DNA from: Pseudobdellovibrionaceae bacterium
GTDB lineage: Bacteria > Bdellovibrionota > Bdellovibrionia > Bdellovibrionales > UBA1609
Length of the DNA: 62,081 nt
Direction: 5' to 3'
NCBI GenBank assembly: GCA_030591685.1
Contig: JAUVAX010000012.1
Location: 1-62,081, forward strand
Shown: one piece after another, positions 38,170-48,680 of the stretch
How the letters are laid out: each line of letters opens with the position of its first letter
How positions within the stretch are numbered: position 1 is the first letter of the stretch
Notes under the pieces: model-generated
What the model was told of the DNA's origin: nothing
Databases searched by the model: none
Seen by the model: only the letters and a program-made list of their open reading frames with translations
Position numbers and translations under genes: made by a program

Positions 38170-39690
38170 TTATTTACTCTCTTCAGAGCTCGTCGATTGT
38201 TCTGTGTTTTTAGATGTTTTAGAAAGGGCGAAGGACTTAAATTCGTTGCCATCGAAGCGAAAAATTCTTTGCTCCCCCTCCATGACAGTTGCCAAACTAA
38301 TAGGCTTTGTCCATATGGCATAAATGTTTTTCATTGTAGCCTCCATAAAATCAGGCTGCATGTCTACGCCTTCAAATAGGTGAGTCAATAGTAACTCGCC
38401 TCGGTTTTCAAAATTAGCGTCTACCACCTGAATAATGGGCTGGCCAAAGTTAGTGAGCTGAAATAAAAACTTTGCCTTTACGGCCTTAAAGTCCCTGGTA
38501 TCTATCTCAAATTTACCCGATCTCTTATTAAATTTATAAACAAACATTTTATTTTCAACACAAAAGTCCTCTGTTAAAAATTCATCAATAAAAGTAACGT
38601 CATTAAAATCCCTTCGGACTTCGAAAATTTTATCTCTCCCCTGACCTAATTTTTTATTCCAATGGGCTTTTTCCCTTAAATCATTACAGCTCTCCCACTC
38701 GGGCCCAAACTGCCCCTTGTCCCAGCGAGTTTTTATATTTCTAAACAGCTCAATGCCGACCTTATAAGGGTTAAATCCACCGGGCTGCATAGCCATGGTT
38801 CCACTATGTCGATCTGCAAAATCTATAATTTCTGAGTCTTCCATGATTTGCTCTGTCATTAACTTTGAATGCCAAAAAGAGGCCCACCCCTCATTCATAA
38901 TTTTCGTCATTCCTTGAGGAGCAAAGTAATAGGCCTCATCCCTTATAATCGAAAGCACATCTCTTTGCCAATCCTCTAGGGGCGCGTACATCATCATAAA
39001 TTGTAAAATATCTTTTGTTGGCTCAGAGGGGAATCGCTTCGAACCCTCACTTGCACCGCTGCCTGTACCCTCTGGGCTTAAAAAATCCTTCATATACTCT
39101 TTATTAACTTCAAAGCCTTCTGGCTTAACCGGCTCTGGGTCAATTTTTGGCACGTCCTCTTTAACGATCTCTATTTTATTTTTTGCATAAGGGGCGTGAC
39201 GATCAATTAAGTTTTCAACACTAAGGCATTTATCAATAAACTCCTCTACAATGTTTTGACCGTATCTATCTACGTAACGGCGAACTCTTGTTGAGTGATT
39301 CGCCATGGCGTCCATCATTTTACGGTTTGTTTGCGAAAACCACTGATTATTTTTAAAAAAGTCACTGTGACCATAGACATGAGCCATGACTAATTTTTGA
39401 TCTAAAAATTCATTGCCATCCATCAAATAGGCATAACAGGGGTCTGTATTAATCACTAATTCATAAATTTTAGATAATCCGTACTGGTATGATTTTGAAA
39501 GTTGCTCGTAATCCATACCAAAGCGCCAATGAGGGTATCTCACCGGGAACCCACCGTAAGCTGCCACTTGATTTAATGTTTTATAATCAACAAGTTCAAA
39601 TATGGTTTCAAAAAAGTCTAAGCCAACATCTTTTGCAATTTTACAAATTTTCTTTCGCTCACTTTCTAGCTCTGGAGTTATGTTTCCCAT
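38170..39690 (-). CDS. spoVR: SpoVR/YcgB family protein
   Basis: RYPHWRFG, YELVIN, AHVYGHSDFF, TKIMNEGWASFWH, NPY motifs. Confidence 0.95.
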   Translation of the reverse strand: MGNITPELESERKKICKIAKDVGLDFFETIFELVDYKTLNQVAAYGGFPVRYPHWRFGMDYEQLSKSYQYGLSKIYELVINTDPCYAYLMDGNEFLDQKLVMAHVYGHSDFFKNNQWFSQTNRKMMDAMANHSTRVRRYVDRYGQNIVEEFIDKCLSVENLIDRHAPYAKNKIEIVKEDVPKIDPEPVKPEGFEVNKEYMKDFLSPEGTGSGASEGSKRFPSEPTKDILQFMMMYAPLEDWQRDVLSIIRDEAYYFAPQGMTKIMNEGWASFWHSKLMTEQIMEDSEIIDFADRHSGTMAMQPGGFNPYKVGIELFRNIKTRWDKGQFGPEWESCNDLREKAHWNKKLGQGRDKIFEVRRDFNDVTFIDEFLTEDFCVENKMFVYKFNKRSGKFEIDTRDFKAVKAKFLFQLTNFGQPIIQVVDANFENRGELLLTHLFEGVDMQPDFMEATMKNIYAIWTKPISLATVMEGEQRIFRFDGNEFKSFALSKTSKNTEQSTSSEESK

Positions 39691-40784
39691 TACCGCCCTT
39701 TCCCTAGAAAGTCCTTAATTGAGTTTACTATTTTTTCTCGACTCTCAATTCTACTAACAACAACACTTTCATCATTTGGAAATGATTTTTCTAGATCTTT
39801 AGAAAACTGACCACTCCCATATTTACTCTCAACCTGCCCATAACAAAACATATTAGTAAAGGGCTTAAAGAAGTCCTGAATAAGATTAATGCAAATGCGT
39901 GTATCTTCGCCGCTCCAATTGTCACCGTCAGAAAAATGAAACGGGTAAATGTTCCACTCTTGTGGGGAGAACTCTTCATCAATTAATTTTTTACATAATT
40001 TATAGGCCGAACTAATTAGAGTCCCTCCGGACTCACTAGTTGAAAAAAAGGTCTTTTCATCAACCTCCTTGGCGGCGGCATCATGAATAATAAACCGTGT
40101 CTCCAGGCCTTTATAGTTTTTCTTTAACCATGCATTAATCCAAAAGCTCTCTAGCCTGACAATTTGTTTTTGCTCTTCACCCATAGAGCCAGAGACATCC
40201 ATCATATAAATAACAACGGCATTTGTTCTTGGCTTACTTGATTTTTTAAACGACTTATATCGCATGTCTCTTTTTATCGGTATAATAACTGGGTCATCAG
40301 GGTCATAGGTGCCACTAGCAATTGACCTTTTAAGGGCTTCTTTATATGAGGATTTAAAATGTCTCAGCCCCTCAGGCCCTACCGGCGCTCTCCCTGAGTA
40401 CTTGAGGGCCTCTGAGTTAAGGCGGCTAAGCCCCTTGGGCTCAATTTTTGGCAGCTCTAACTCGTCGCCCATAATTTCAGCCAACTCCTCAATTGAGACC
40501 TCTGCCTCTAAAACATGCTCGCCCTCTGCGTTGCCGGCCTCACCCTTACCGTCACCCTCACCTGAGGCCTCGCCGGATTCGCCCTCTCCTTGGCCAACGC
40601 CGCCCTGCTGTTTAGGGCCATATTTAAATTTTGGTATGTCAATTGATGGTATCGGTATTTTGATAAAATCGTTTTCTTGTTTGCCGATCATTTCGCCATT
40701 TGAAATATACTTTTTAAAATTTTTCTTTATGCGGCCTCTAATAATATCTCGAAACCGCTTATGGTCTTCAACTATCGACATCAA
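39690..40784 (-). CDS. yeaH: YeaH/YhbH (DUF444) VWA-like protein
   Basis: [27 protein letters not shown] motifs. Confidence 0.95.
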   Translation of the reverse strand: MMSIVEDHKRFRDIIRGRIKKNFKKYISNGEMIGKQENDFIKIPIPSIDIPKFKYGPKQQGGVGQGEGESGEASGEGDGKGEAGNAEGEHVLEAEVSIEELAEIMGDELELPKIEPKGLSRLNSEALKYSGRAPVGPEGLRHFKSSYKEALKRSIASGTYDPDDPVIIPIKRDMRYKSFKKSSKPRTNAVVIYMMDVSGSMGEEQKQIVRLESFWINAWLKKNYKGLETRFIIHDAAAKEVDEKTFFSTSESGGTLISSAYKLCKKLIDEEFSPQEWNIYPFHFSDGDNWSGEDTRICINLIQDFFKPFTNMFCYGQVESKYGSGQFSKDLEKSFPNDESVVVSRIESREKIVNSIKDFLGKGR

Positions 40785-40812
40785 TGTCCCCTAAGCTCTA
40801 AAAAAACCTGCA

Positions 40813-42897
40813 CTACCCTTGCTCTTTAACATCTCCTCTGGCGAAAATGCTGGATACATAGTTTAACACATCCGTTGCTGATACCTCATCGTACCCAAAC
40901 TCTTTAATCAGCCTTGTTTTGACTATATCTATTTTTTCTTGTGTTTCTTTGTCTGCCATAGATGAGACAAGGGTTGTTAACTTTATAGTGTCCTTTTGGT
41001 CTTCAAATAATTTTTGCTCTAAGGCCTTATTAAGACGAGAATTTGTTCGGTAATCAAATTTTTTGCCGTCTAGAGAGATCGCTCCAATGTAGTTCATTAT
41101 CTCACGGCGAAAATCATCTTTGCGACTTTCAGGGATTTCTATTTTTTCCTCAATTGAGCGCATCACCCTTTCGTCAGGATCTTCGTCCCTACCTGTAAAT
41201 TGGTTTCGCACCTTTTCTTTTTGAGTGTAAGCCTTGATGTTGTCTATGTAATTGCCGCAAAGCCTCTGAAGGGCTCCTTCGTCGGCACTAATAGCTCTTT
41301 GCACCTCTGACTTAATGATCTCCTCATACTCTTGTCTTACTACGTTTAGTAGCTCTCGATACTCAGCCTTTAGCTCTTCGTTTGAAATAAGCGAATGGCT
41401 CTTTAGCCCAGACTCGAGTTCATTTAATATCATAAAAGGGTTCACTGAGCCTTTATTAATTTTTTGCGCATTAACAATCGCATTAGAGATTTTATCTTGT
41501 ATATATCTTGGCGAGATTCCGTCTAAGCCCTCTCTAAAGGCTTCTTTTCGAAGCTCCTTTACATTGTCCTCAGTATAGTTGGGGAGCGCCTTGCCATTAT
41601 AAAGTTTTAACTTTTGCACTCTTGTTAAGTTAGACTTTTTAGATTTTTCAAGCCGGGTTAAGATCGCCCACATGGCCGCCATCTCAATTGTATGAGGGGC
41701 AACGCTCACTCCTCTTAATTTTCTAGAATTAAAATCTTTTTTATAAATTTTAATTTCATGATCTAACTTCGTAATATAGGGTATATCAATTTTTACGGTC
41801 CTGTCCCTTAGGGCCTCCATAAATTCATTATCTTGAAGACGTCTATACTCTGGCTCGTTGGTGTGCCCAATTATAACTTCATCAATATGAGTTTGTGCAA
41901 ACTTCTTTGGCTTAATTGTATGCTCTTGCGAAGCGCTTAATAAATCATATAAAAACGCTACGTCCAGCTTTAACACTTCAACAAACTCAATCATCCCTCT
42001 ATTTGCGACATTAAACTCGCCATCAAAATTAAAGGCTCTCGGGTCTGAGTCTGAACCATACTGAGCTATTTTTCTGTAATTAATGTCACCTGTAAGCTCT
42101 GTTGAGTCCTGGTTTTTTTCGTCTTTAGGTTGAAAGGTTCCGATGCCAATTCTATCGGCCTCACTCAGCACTAGTCTTTTCACACGGACGTGCTCCAAAA
42201 CACTCACTAACTCCCCATTATAATGCTCCATCAATGCGTTAAATATAAATCGACTCGGGGGGCATATGTCCCCCTCCACCTTTACTTTAAATTCTGAGTC
42301 TGCTGATTTGTTTATTTGCTCAAATACTTTTTCGCGCATTTCTTTTGGTATTAAAAGTAAGGGGTCCTCGTGCATTGGGCTTTCAAAAACTCTCACGCCT
42401 TCACCAAAAATATGACCTAAACTTCCCGCCTCGTCGACCCACTCAAAAGTATACATGGCCCCTTGCGGTTTTTTTGAATACAGCTCGACGCCCTTTTTTA
42501 ATAAACGACAAATTGTCGACTTAGCGCTCCCTACAGGCCCGTGCAACAGGATCACTCTTTTTTCAGTACCATAGCCAAGCGCCGCTGACCTCAATACATT
42601 TACAAGTTTCATTAAAGCTATGTCTAAACCAAACACAGCATCTTTACCTTCGTTGCCAAGGTCTTCAAAAAATTTATAATGATAAATTTCTTTTTTTGCA
42701 TCTATGTATGACTCTTCACCCGCCTCTACAACCATGTCATATAATCGCTCATATGCATTTCTTGTAATTTTAGGGTCCTTTTTTATTAACTCAAGGTAGT
42801 CATCAAAACTCCCCTTCCAGTTAAAATCATCATACGTCTTTTCATCTTGAAGGTTGGCAACAAGGTCCTTGACCTGTAATTTTGAATCTAAACTCAT
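40813..42897 (-). CDS. prkA: PrkA/YeaG AAA+ serine protein kinase
   Basis: [38 protein letters not shown] motifs. Confidence 0.95.
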   Translation of the reverse strand: MSLDSKLQVKDLVANLQDEKTYDDFNWKGSFDDYLELIKKDPKITRNAYERLYDMVVEAGEESYIDAKKEIYHYKFFEDLGNEGKDAVFGLDIALMKLVNVLRSAALGYGTEKRVILLHGPVGSAKSTICRLLKKGVELYSKKPQGAMYTFEWVDEAGSLGHIFGEGVRVFESPMHEDPLLLIPKEMREKVFEQINKSADSEFKVKVEGDICPPSRFIFNALMEHYNGELVSVLEHVRVKRLVLSEADRIGIGTFQPKDEKNQDSTELTGDINYRKIAQYGSDSDPRAFNFDGEFNVANRGMIEFVEVLKLDVAFLYDLLSASQEHTIKPKKFAQTHIDEVIIGHTNEPEYRRLQDNEFMEALRDRTVKIDIPYITKLDHEIKIYKKDFNSRKLRGVSVAPHTIEMAAMWAILTRLEKSKKSNLTRVQKLKLYNGKALPNYTEDNVKELRKEAFREGLDGISPRYIQDKISNAIVNAQKINKGSVNPFMILNELESGLKSHSLISNEELKAEYRELLNVVRQEYEEIIKSEVQRAISADEGALQRLCGNYIDNIKAYTQKEKVRNQFTGRDEDPDERVMRSIEEKIEIPESRKDDFRREIMNYIGAISLDGKKFDYRTNSRLNKALEQKLFEDQKDTIKLTTLVSSMADKETQEKIDIVKTRLIKEFGYDEVSATDVLNYVSSIFARGDVKEQG

Positions 42898-42966
42898 ATG
42901 GACCCCCTATTGACTGTTACGCTTTAATGCCTGGCCTGCTGACTCGTTCAAACAGGCCCTACTCTA

Positions 42967-42995
42967 ATTATGCCTAAAGGCCAAAAAATGGGCAA
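42967..42995 (-). promoter_or_regulatory. Putative sigma70 promoter of the prkA operon
   Basis: TTGCCC-17nt-CATAAT, about 70 nt upstream of the ATG. Confidence 0.5.
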
Positions 42996-43255
42996 TAAAA
43001 GTTAAAAAAAAATTAATATTGTTCGCTTTTTCAGGACTACAGAGGCCATTTTTTTAATTTGTACTATTTTAAGATTTTATTAACCTTTTTAAGAACAGGA
43101 TGTTTTTTGTATTATTACCGTCCCGTTTTTGCTCAAACAACACTTCAAGTGAACTTTAAATCGAAGGTGGCGGCTGCCGCCTTAAGGGGGTGTTCATTTG
43201 CCTTGCGATAATACCAGAGCTAACAAAACTATTGAGTATACCGCTAGCCATTAGG

Positions 43256-43954
43256 CTAGAGCGCTTTTGTGCGAAACGATTTGGGCTTTATAAATCGAAA
43301 AGCACCTGGCTTAATTTTGTTTTTAAATTTTTTAAAATTCAATTGCAGCTCAGCATTGGGGTGTTTAATGCTGATTACTCTTCTCGACCCAGCTCTTTTG
43401 CTCCATGCTACTTTTATATGAGTTTTTTCATTTGAACACTCGCTCAACTGACCGCTTGTTTTTTGACAACGCCATCCCTTAGACTCTGGTTTTGTTTCAA
43501 ACAAAATCCCATAAAAATCGCTAGGGTTTATGGGTAAATTAAATAATGGCTTGAAAGATGTTTTACTGGGTGGACCCGTATAATAAACCCTTTTTCTCAT
43601 ATCAATGAGTTCAAATTTTTTGGGGGTAAGTTTAAAGCTCCCGAGGTGATCCCCAAGTGGAGATATTAAATCCATTTTAAGCTTTTCGTTTTTTATAGCG
43701 TACACATCAATAATTGCCACGTAAGTGTTTGAGCGAGCTTTGTCTTTTATGAGTGCTCGAACTTCCCATTGCCCTTCTGTCAGGGTTAAATAATTGGTTT
43801 GAAAGGTTTGGCACCCTGTAAAAATAAAAACGGCACAAATTAATAGTAAATTATTTTTTGTTGCCTGTAGATGCGGGCAAACGTCTTTGAAAAACAGGGA
43901 TTTGATTTTCAATTGCTGAAAGTTTAGATTTAATTTTTTCAATTTTAATGGCAT
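43256..43954 (-). CDS. LolB-like/DUF4292-type lipoprotein (start uncertain)
   Basis: Lipobox FTGC, LKMDLISPLG and FNLPINP motifs; follows a large TPR lipoprotein. Confidence 0.55.
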   Translation of the reverse strand: MPLKLKKLNLNFQQLKIKSLFFKDVCPHLQATKNNLLLICAVFIFTGCQTFQTNYLTLTEGQWEVRALIKDKARSNTYVAIIDVYAIKNEKLKMDLISPLGDHLGSFKLTPKKFELIDMRKRVYYTGPPSKTSFKPLFNLPINPSDFYGILFETKPESKGWRCQKTSGQLSECSNEKTHIKVAWSKRAGSRRVISIKHPNAELQLNFKKFKNKIKPGAFRFIKPKSFRTKAL

Positions 43955-45701
43955 CGGTTTCTGTCCTAACAGCCTGAATATACATCTTACGTGCTTTTTC
44001 TACAAGTTGGTGTCTAAAGTAAGCATCCCCAAGATGTTCAGTAATGATGCTCTCTCCGCCCGTGAGGTGATATGCGGCCTCTAGCATCGTAATGGCCTCT
44101 CTTGTTTTACCTTGCTTGAATAGCACCCAACCTTTAGTGTCCAGAATATAACCATCTTTTGGCTTGAGCTCAACAGCCCTATTAATTAACCGCTCGGCCT
44201 CCTGAAGATTTACACCTAAAACGGCATACGTGTACGCCAAGTAATTGAGCGCCTGCACATGTTCGGGGTCAATATTTAAGATTTCTTTCATAACCTCAAT
44301 GGTTTTCTTTTTATTTCCCTTATGATCGTAAACGGTACCCAGCAAAAATTTGATTTGAATATTGGACTCAAAAGCCTTAGACGCCGTCTGTAAAACGGGC
44401 AAGGCTTCATCGTAGCGCTTCATTTTTTCAAGGGCTGTAGCATAGAATATATATATTGTGGGCGAGTCCTTGCGCTTAGAGATTGCGGTTTGTAAAATTT
44501 TAAGCGCTTCCTTGTTTTTCCCCTGTTGGCCTAAAATATATACCGAACGTGCAATGGCATCGGTATAAAAAACACTGCGGGTGGGTACTTTTTGAAATGC
44601 CTCTACGGCCAAGCTCAACTCTCCCACCTCTTGGTAGGTATAGCCTAAGTAAAATCTAACCTTATCTGAGTCCGGCTCTACTAGTAAAATATTTTTTAAT
44701 TTTTTTACTGCTTCTGAATTCTTTTCTTGCTTAATTAGTAACAGAGCTATTCTCAATTTTACATTAAGGTTTCCAGGGTCATAGCCTGCAATTATCTCAA
44801 GCTGCTCATAGGCCTTTTCAAAGTCTTCACGCTCAATATATAAATCGGCAAGAACTTTTGCAATGTCTCTTTTGGGCACAAAACTCTCTTGATAAGAGCC
44901 CAGAAGCCCCATGGCCGCCTTTTCTTTTTTTAATAACAAATACAGTTTAGCTAGGGCTAGCGTGGAAGTTGCGTTTTCTGGCCTTAAACTTATACTTTTT
45001 GATAAAAACTTCTCGGCCTGTTTATAATGCTTTTTGCCCTGTTCAATGCGAATACGACCCATATAGTAGTAAAATAAAAACTCTTTTTCGGCCCCCATAT
45101 TTGCTTTGGCGAGTTTTGAAAAGTGCTTTATGGCCTCGTCATATTTATGCTGTTCGGCATAGATGGCCCCAATATACATAGGCGCTTCAAAGTCTTCAGG
45201 AGCAAGGTCCATGGCTACAAAATACTGACTTAGAGCAAGATCATACATTTTCAAAGTTGAGTACAAACTCCCCAATACCAAGCGAGCCTCTAAGTTTGTG
45301 GGGTTTATTTCCATTGCCGCTTCGGCCTGCTCTAGAGCCTCTGAAACGTGCCCTAATTTTGCATATTCAGTGGCCAACCTTGTTCTCAGCGTAATGGATT
45401 GTGGATCATAAACTAATGCCGACTTATAAGCCTCAATAGACCTTTTGGGTTCGCCAGATAGTGAGTAAGCCTCCGCCATTGTGAAATAATAATCGGCCTG
45501 AGCCTGTAAATGAAGGTCGTCGACGACGCCAACACTGGGAGTTGGCGATAAACTACTGGGGGCTGGGTTTAAATTGTTTAGCGTTGAGTTGCGGAAGCTG
45601 GAGAGTTTCTCCATCCCCGAGCAGCCCAAAGTCATCATTGATGCTGACACTAAGACAATCTTCGCACTTAATATTTTTGCTTTTTTTAGCCCTACAAACA
45701 T
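43851..45701 (-). CDS. Large TPR lipoprotein (LbcA/PA4667-like)
   Basis: Lipobox TLGC, many TPRs, ALNYLAYTYA, YILDTKGWVLFKQG, EHLGDAY motifs. Confidence 0.85.
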   Translation of the reverse strand: MFVGLKKAKILSAKIVLVSASMMTLGCSGMEKLSSFRNSTLNNLNPAPSSLSPTPSVGVVDDLHLQAQADYYFTMAEAYSLSGEPKRSIEAYKSALVYDPQSITLRTRLATEYAKLGHVSEALEQAEAAMEINPTNLEARLVLGSLYSTLKMYDLALSQYFVAMDLAPEDFEAPMYIGAIYAEQHKYDEAIKHFSKLAKANMGAEKEFLFYYYMGRIRIEQGKKHYKQAEKFLSKSISLRPENATSTLALAKLYLLLKKEKAAMGLLGSYQESFVPKRDIAKVLADLYIEREDFEKAYEQLEIIAGYDPGNLNVKLRIALLLIKQEKNSEAVKKLKNILLVEPDSDKVRFYLGYTYQEVGELSLAVEAFQKVPTRSVFYTDAIARSVYILGQQGKNKEALKILQTAISKRKDSPTIYIFYATALEKMKRYDEALPVLQTASKAFESNIQIKFLLGTVYDHKGNKKKTIEVMKEILNIDPEHVQALNYLAYTYAVLGVNLQEAERLINRAVELKPKDGYILDTKGWVLFKQGKTREAITMLEAAYHLTGGESIITEHLGDAYFRHQLVEKARKMYIQAVRTETDAIKIEKIKSKLSAIENQIPVFQRRLPASTGNKK

Positions 45702-45708
45702 ATGTATC

Positions 45709-45736
45709 TTTTCGGCCTACATCCCCCTAAGCTTAA
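45709..45736 (-). promoter_or_regulatory. Putative sigma28 promoter (leaderless geometry)
   Basis: TTAAG-15nt-GCCGAAAA, 7 nt from the ATG at 45701. Confidence 0.65.
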
Positions 45737-45843
45737 GCCTCAAAAGAAATCTAGACCAAAAGCTGCTGGCTACTTTTTTGTGCTCATTTAAGCCTGAAAT
45801 GTCTTTATTTTTTAAAGCTATAAACTGGATTTATATAAGAATT

Positions 45844-46332
45844 TTAATGAAAGGTTTTGATGTACCCGACATCATCGGCGGCAAATTTTGCCCCCAGCAA
45901 GTGACCATTGGGGCCCGACTTGATCGCCATGTAGTCTGTCTGTATCGAGCCATCAGGCCCGCCACTAATGACGACGATGTACCCCACCTTCTGACCCGTA
46001 AGCACCTTATAGTGAAAGGCGGCGCCCCATGGATCTTTACCAATACGCCCCTCTCCTCCTGTGGCGGCTAGGCCAAGCCCCCCGGTGGTGATGCTCGCAA
46101 GGCCCCTTTGTCTTACTAGAGGCCCTGCCTCTGGAAGGGACTTAAGTCCACCTGCTAGCAACTGAGAGGATAGGCTCTCCATGTCTCGAAGAGCAAAGTC
46201 TCTGGCTCCGTCCCCTATGTTATTTAATAATATGGCTCCCAAAATAAAAGTCACGGCCCCCAGAAGGGCTAACGAAACGAGTGCGTCTGAGGTCTTAAAT
46301 GACTGATTTTCTTCAAGTTTCACTATACTCAT
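45844..46332 (-). CDS. GspG-like pseudopilin-domain protein
   Basis: N-terminal hydrophobic helix, DPWGAAFHY, SGGPDG and DDV motifs; start set at ATG 46332. Confidence 0.65.
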   Translation of the reverse strand: MSIVKLEENQSFKTSDALVSLALLGAVTFILGAILLNNIGDGARDFALRDMESLSSQLLAGGLKSLPEAGPLVRQRGLASITTGGLGLAATGGEGRIGKDPWGAAFHYKVLTGQKVGYIVVISGGPDGSIQTDYMAIKSGPNGHLLGAKFAADDVGYIKTFH

Positions 46333-46362
46333 ACCTTTTTGTTGAAGAGCCCTACAAAGGTC

Positions 46363-46390
46363 CAATCGGCTGAGCCATGGCGATTCTTTA
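46363..46390 (-). promoter_or_regulatory. Putative sigma28 promoter
   Basis: TAAAG-15nt-GCCGATTG, 30 nt upstream of ATG 46332. Confidence 0.65.
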
Positions 46391-46670
46391 AGAAAAACGT
46401 ACAATAAGTACTAACCGCTTGCGCGTCGCGCAAAGTCTTGGTAAATGTGGTTATTGCAACGCGTTTAAATATGTTGAGTTTCTTAAAAAGTTAGCATTGT
46501 GTGCTTGACAGAGATTAACGCCGAGGGCTAAGTTGAGCCTCGAATTACATACGATTAAGAATATAGCAGCTTTTTGTTTATCAACTCATCGTAAAACAAG
46601 CGAGCCATGATGGCCCGCAAGATAGTAGAAGAGAAATTCAGGGGATAAAACCTCGAGAGGGAGGCATTTA

Positions 46671-47219
46671 GTGAGCCAAGATACAACAATGGTTACAAAA
46701 ACCAGTACACGAACGAAGATTATTAAAAGATATCAAAACAGAAAACTCTATGACACTCAGCAAAGTTGCTATGTGACTCTAGACGATATCGCTAAAATGA
46801 TCCGAGCTAGCGAAGAAGTTATGGTTATCGACAATAAGACTAAAAACGACATCACCGCTGCAACACTGACTCAAATAATGTTTGAAGCTGAAAAAAAGGC
46901 CGCTCAGTACGCGCCTTTGTTCACACTAAGAGAAATCATTCAAAACGGTAACGGAAGCATTTCTAGCTACCTTGCAAAACTAGGCGCGTTTCCTGCTGAT
47001 TATCACAAAAACCAACCCGCTCCTGCGCCTGCGATCACTGAAGTTGTTCAGTCCAAGCCCTCGTTTGATGACGTTAAGCAAACTCTCGAAGAAAGAGTAG
47101 CCAACGCAGCCAATCAAGCGGCTCGATCTACAACCGAAGGGACATCAACGCTACCAAGTAGCTCTGATAACCCACTTGATCTGCCAACATCTAATGCAAA
47201 TCAAAACTTTGAAAACTAA
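46671..47219 (+). CDS. PhaR-type DNA-binding domain regulator
   Basis: IIKRYQNRKLYDTQQSCYVTLDDI...DIT..TLTQI is the PhaR N-terminal domain; GGAGG RBS, GTG start. Confidence 0.9.
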   Translation: MSQDTTMVTKTSTRTKIIKRYQNRKLYDTQQSCYVTLDDIAKMIRASEEVMVIDNKTKNDITAATLTQIMFEAEKKAAQYAPLFTLREIIQNGNGSISSYLAKLGAFPADYHKNQPAPAPAITEVVQSKPSFDDVKQTLEERVANAANQAARSTTEGTSTLPSSSDNPLDLPTSNANQNFEN

Positions 47220-47250
47220 TTTTTAAATTTTTCAAATCAAAAATATATTG

Positions 47251-47285
47251 AAAGGCTCGAAACTTGATTTTGGGCCTTTTTTTTG
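47251..47285 (+). terminator. Intrinsic terminator
   Basis: AAAGGCTCGAAA...TTTGGGCCTTTT hairpin with a long T-run. Confidence 0.75.
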
Positions 47286-47333
47286 CCCTCATATATGTGC
47301 GCCAAAAGCCTTGCTCATAAAAAGGCGCCTCCT

Positions 47334-48569
47334 TTAATAGTAGCTGCGCCAATATAGATAGGTTTTCTTTATTGGGTTAATAGTAATACTCGTGGGCTCA
47401 AGAGACTCCCCTGTCTCATCCCCAAAAGAATCCACCCCCTTGATTTTGACTTTATGTTTGCCCACCGGCAACCTCACTCGAGCCACCTGAAAGCTCTGTG
47501 GTAAAGTGGACCATTGCCTTAAATCGGCCTGGTCGGCAACGGTCATAACCAACCATGCCAAATTACCTAATCCTTCATTTTTTTGACGTATTTGATCGGC
47601 AGCCACCTCTTTAACAACTTTGGCTGCGAGCCTTTTTGCTAAAAGGGCCCCGTAGTCCTCTTTAAAAGTAGAAAGAGCCACATGCTCTACGTCTAACAAC
47701 AGCTTTGAAGGGTAAGAGGTCGCGCCCTCACCCACATACACTCGGGCTGACTTTGTTTCTGATAACACGGGGTGCAACCATGGAAACCTAAAGTCAGCCC
47801 TATTCGGATGCTTTCTAGGCGCCCACCCTTGAGCAAAAATAACTATAAGTTCTCCATATTTTTTATTAAGCCTTATATCTTTAGGCTTTAAGTTTAGTTT
47901 AAACTTCTTATTTAACCGACGATACTCTCCCATCCTTCTTGATAAATAGGCCGACCTGACCAGGGGCTCTCTCACGAGTGTTAGATCGGGGTACAGTTTA
48001 TGGAGTTTTTTATAATCGATAAAGGCGTCGTCAAATTTTTTATCGTCTTCCCAGATCATTGCAGCTAAATAATGTGCCAACGGATTTTGCTGATATTTTT
48101 TTTTCGCCTCTGACCGAAACAGGTCAAGCATATGGTTGATTTTACGGGTTTCTACCAAGGCCCCCTCTAAATCGCTTTGAATTAAAAAATTAAGAGCGAG
48201 CATAACGTTAATCATTAGTTTTTCGTAATTTTCACCCTTATACTGAACCATTCGTTGGCTAAAAAGCAATGAGCCCGTAAGGTTTGAAAGACTATGGTAG
48301 TCCTTAATTTTAGCAATATCCTCTGCCAACAAAAAATACTTCGTGGCCTCAGAATATTTTTTAGAGGTCTGTAAATACGTTGCATAGTCCAATAAGTAGG
48401 GGAGCTGATCATCGCTTGGTTCAAGAGCTAGGGGCTTAACTAAGGCCGCCGCCTCAGCGGCCCGCCCTTGACTAAAGAGCCTTCTGCTCCCGCCAACCTT
48501 AGATTGGTAGCTCACGCAGGCCAACTGAAAAAGGCATAAAACACAAATGAGCACTTTAACGATGGCCAA
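47334..48569 (-). CDS. COG3014-family lipoprotein
   Basis: Lipobox QLAC, YKGENYEKLM, ALVETRK, ADLRQWSTLP motifs. Confidence 0.82.
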   Translation of the reverse strand: MAIVKVLICVLCLFQLACVSYQSKVGGSRRLFSQGRAAEAAALVKPLALEPSDDQLPYLLDYATYLQTSKKYSEATKYFLLAEDIAKIKDYHSLSNLTGSLLFSQRMVQYKGENYEKLMINVMLALNFLIQSDLEGALVETRKINHMLDLFRSEAKKKYQQNPLAHYLAAMIWEDDKKFDDAFIDYKKLHKLYPDLTLVREPLVRSAYLSRRMGEYRRLNKKFKLNLKPKDIRLNKKYGELIVIFAQGWAPRKHPNRADFRFPWLHPVLSETKSARVYVGEGATSYPSKLLLDVEHVALSTFKEDYGALLAKRLAAKVVKEVAADQIRQKNEGLGNLAWLVMTVADQADLRQWSTLPQSFQVARVRLPVGKHKVKIKGVDSFGDETGESLEPTSITINPIKKTYLYWRSYY

Positions 48570-48680
48570 AAACTGCCCCTAAGTTGTTTTTTAAGTTAAA
48601 AGCTGGCCTGATTTTACGCCTGCCAGTTTTCGTGTTTTTACTTTTTGTACACTCTGGCGGCCATCACTGTAGCTTTTAGG

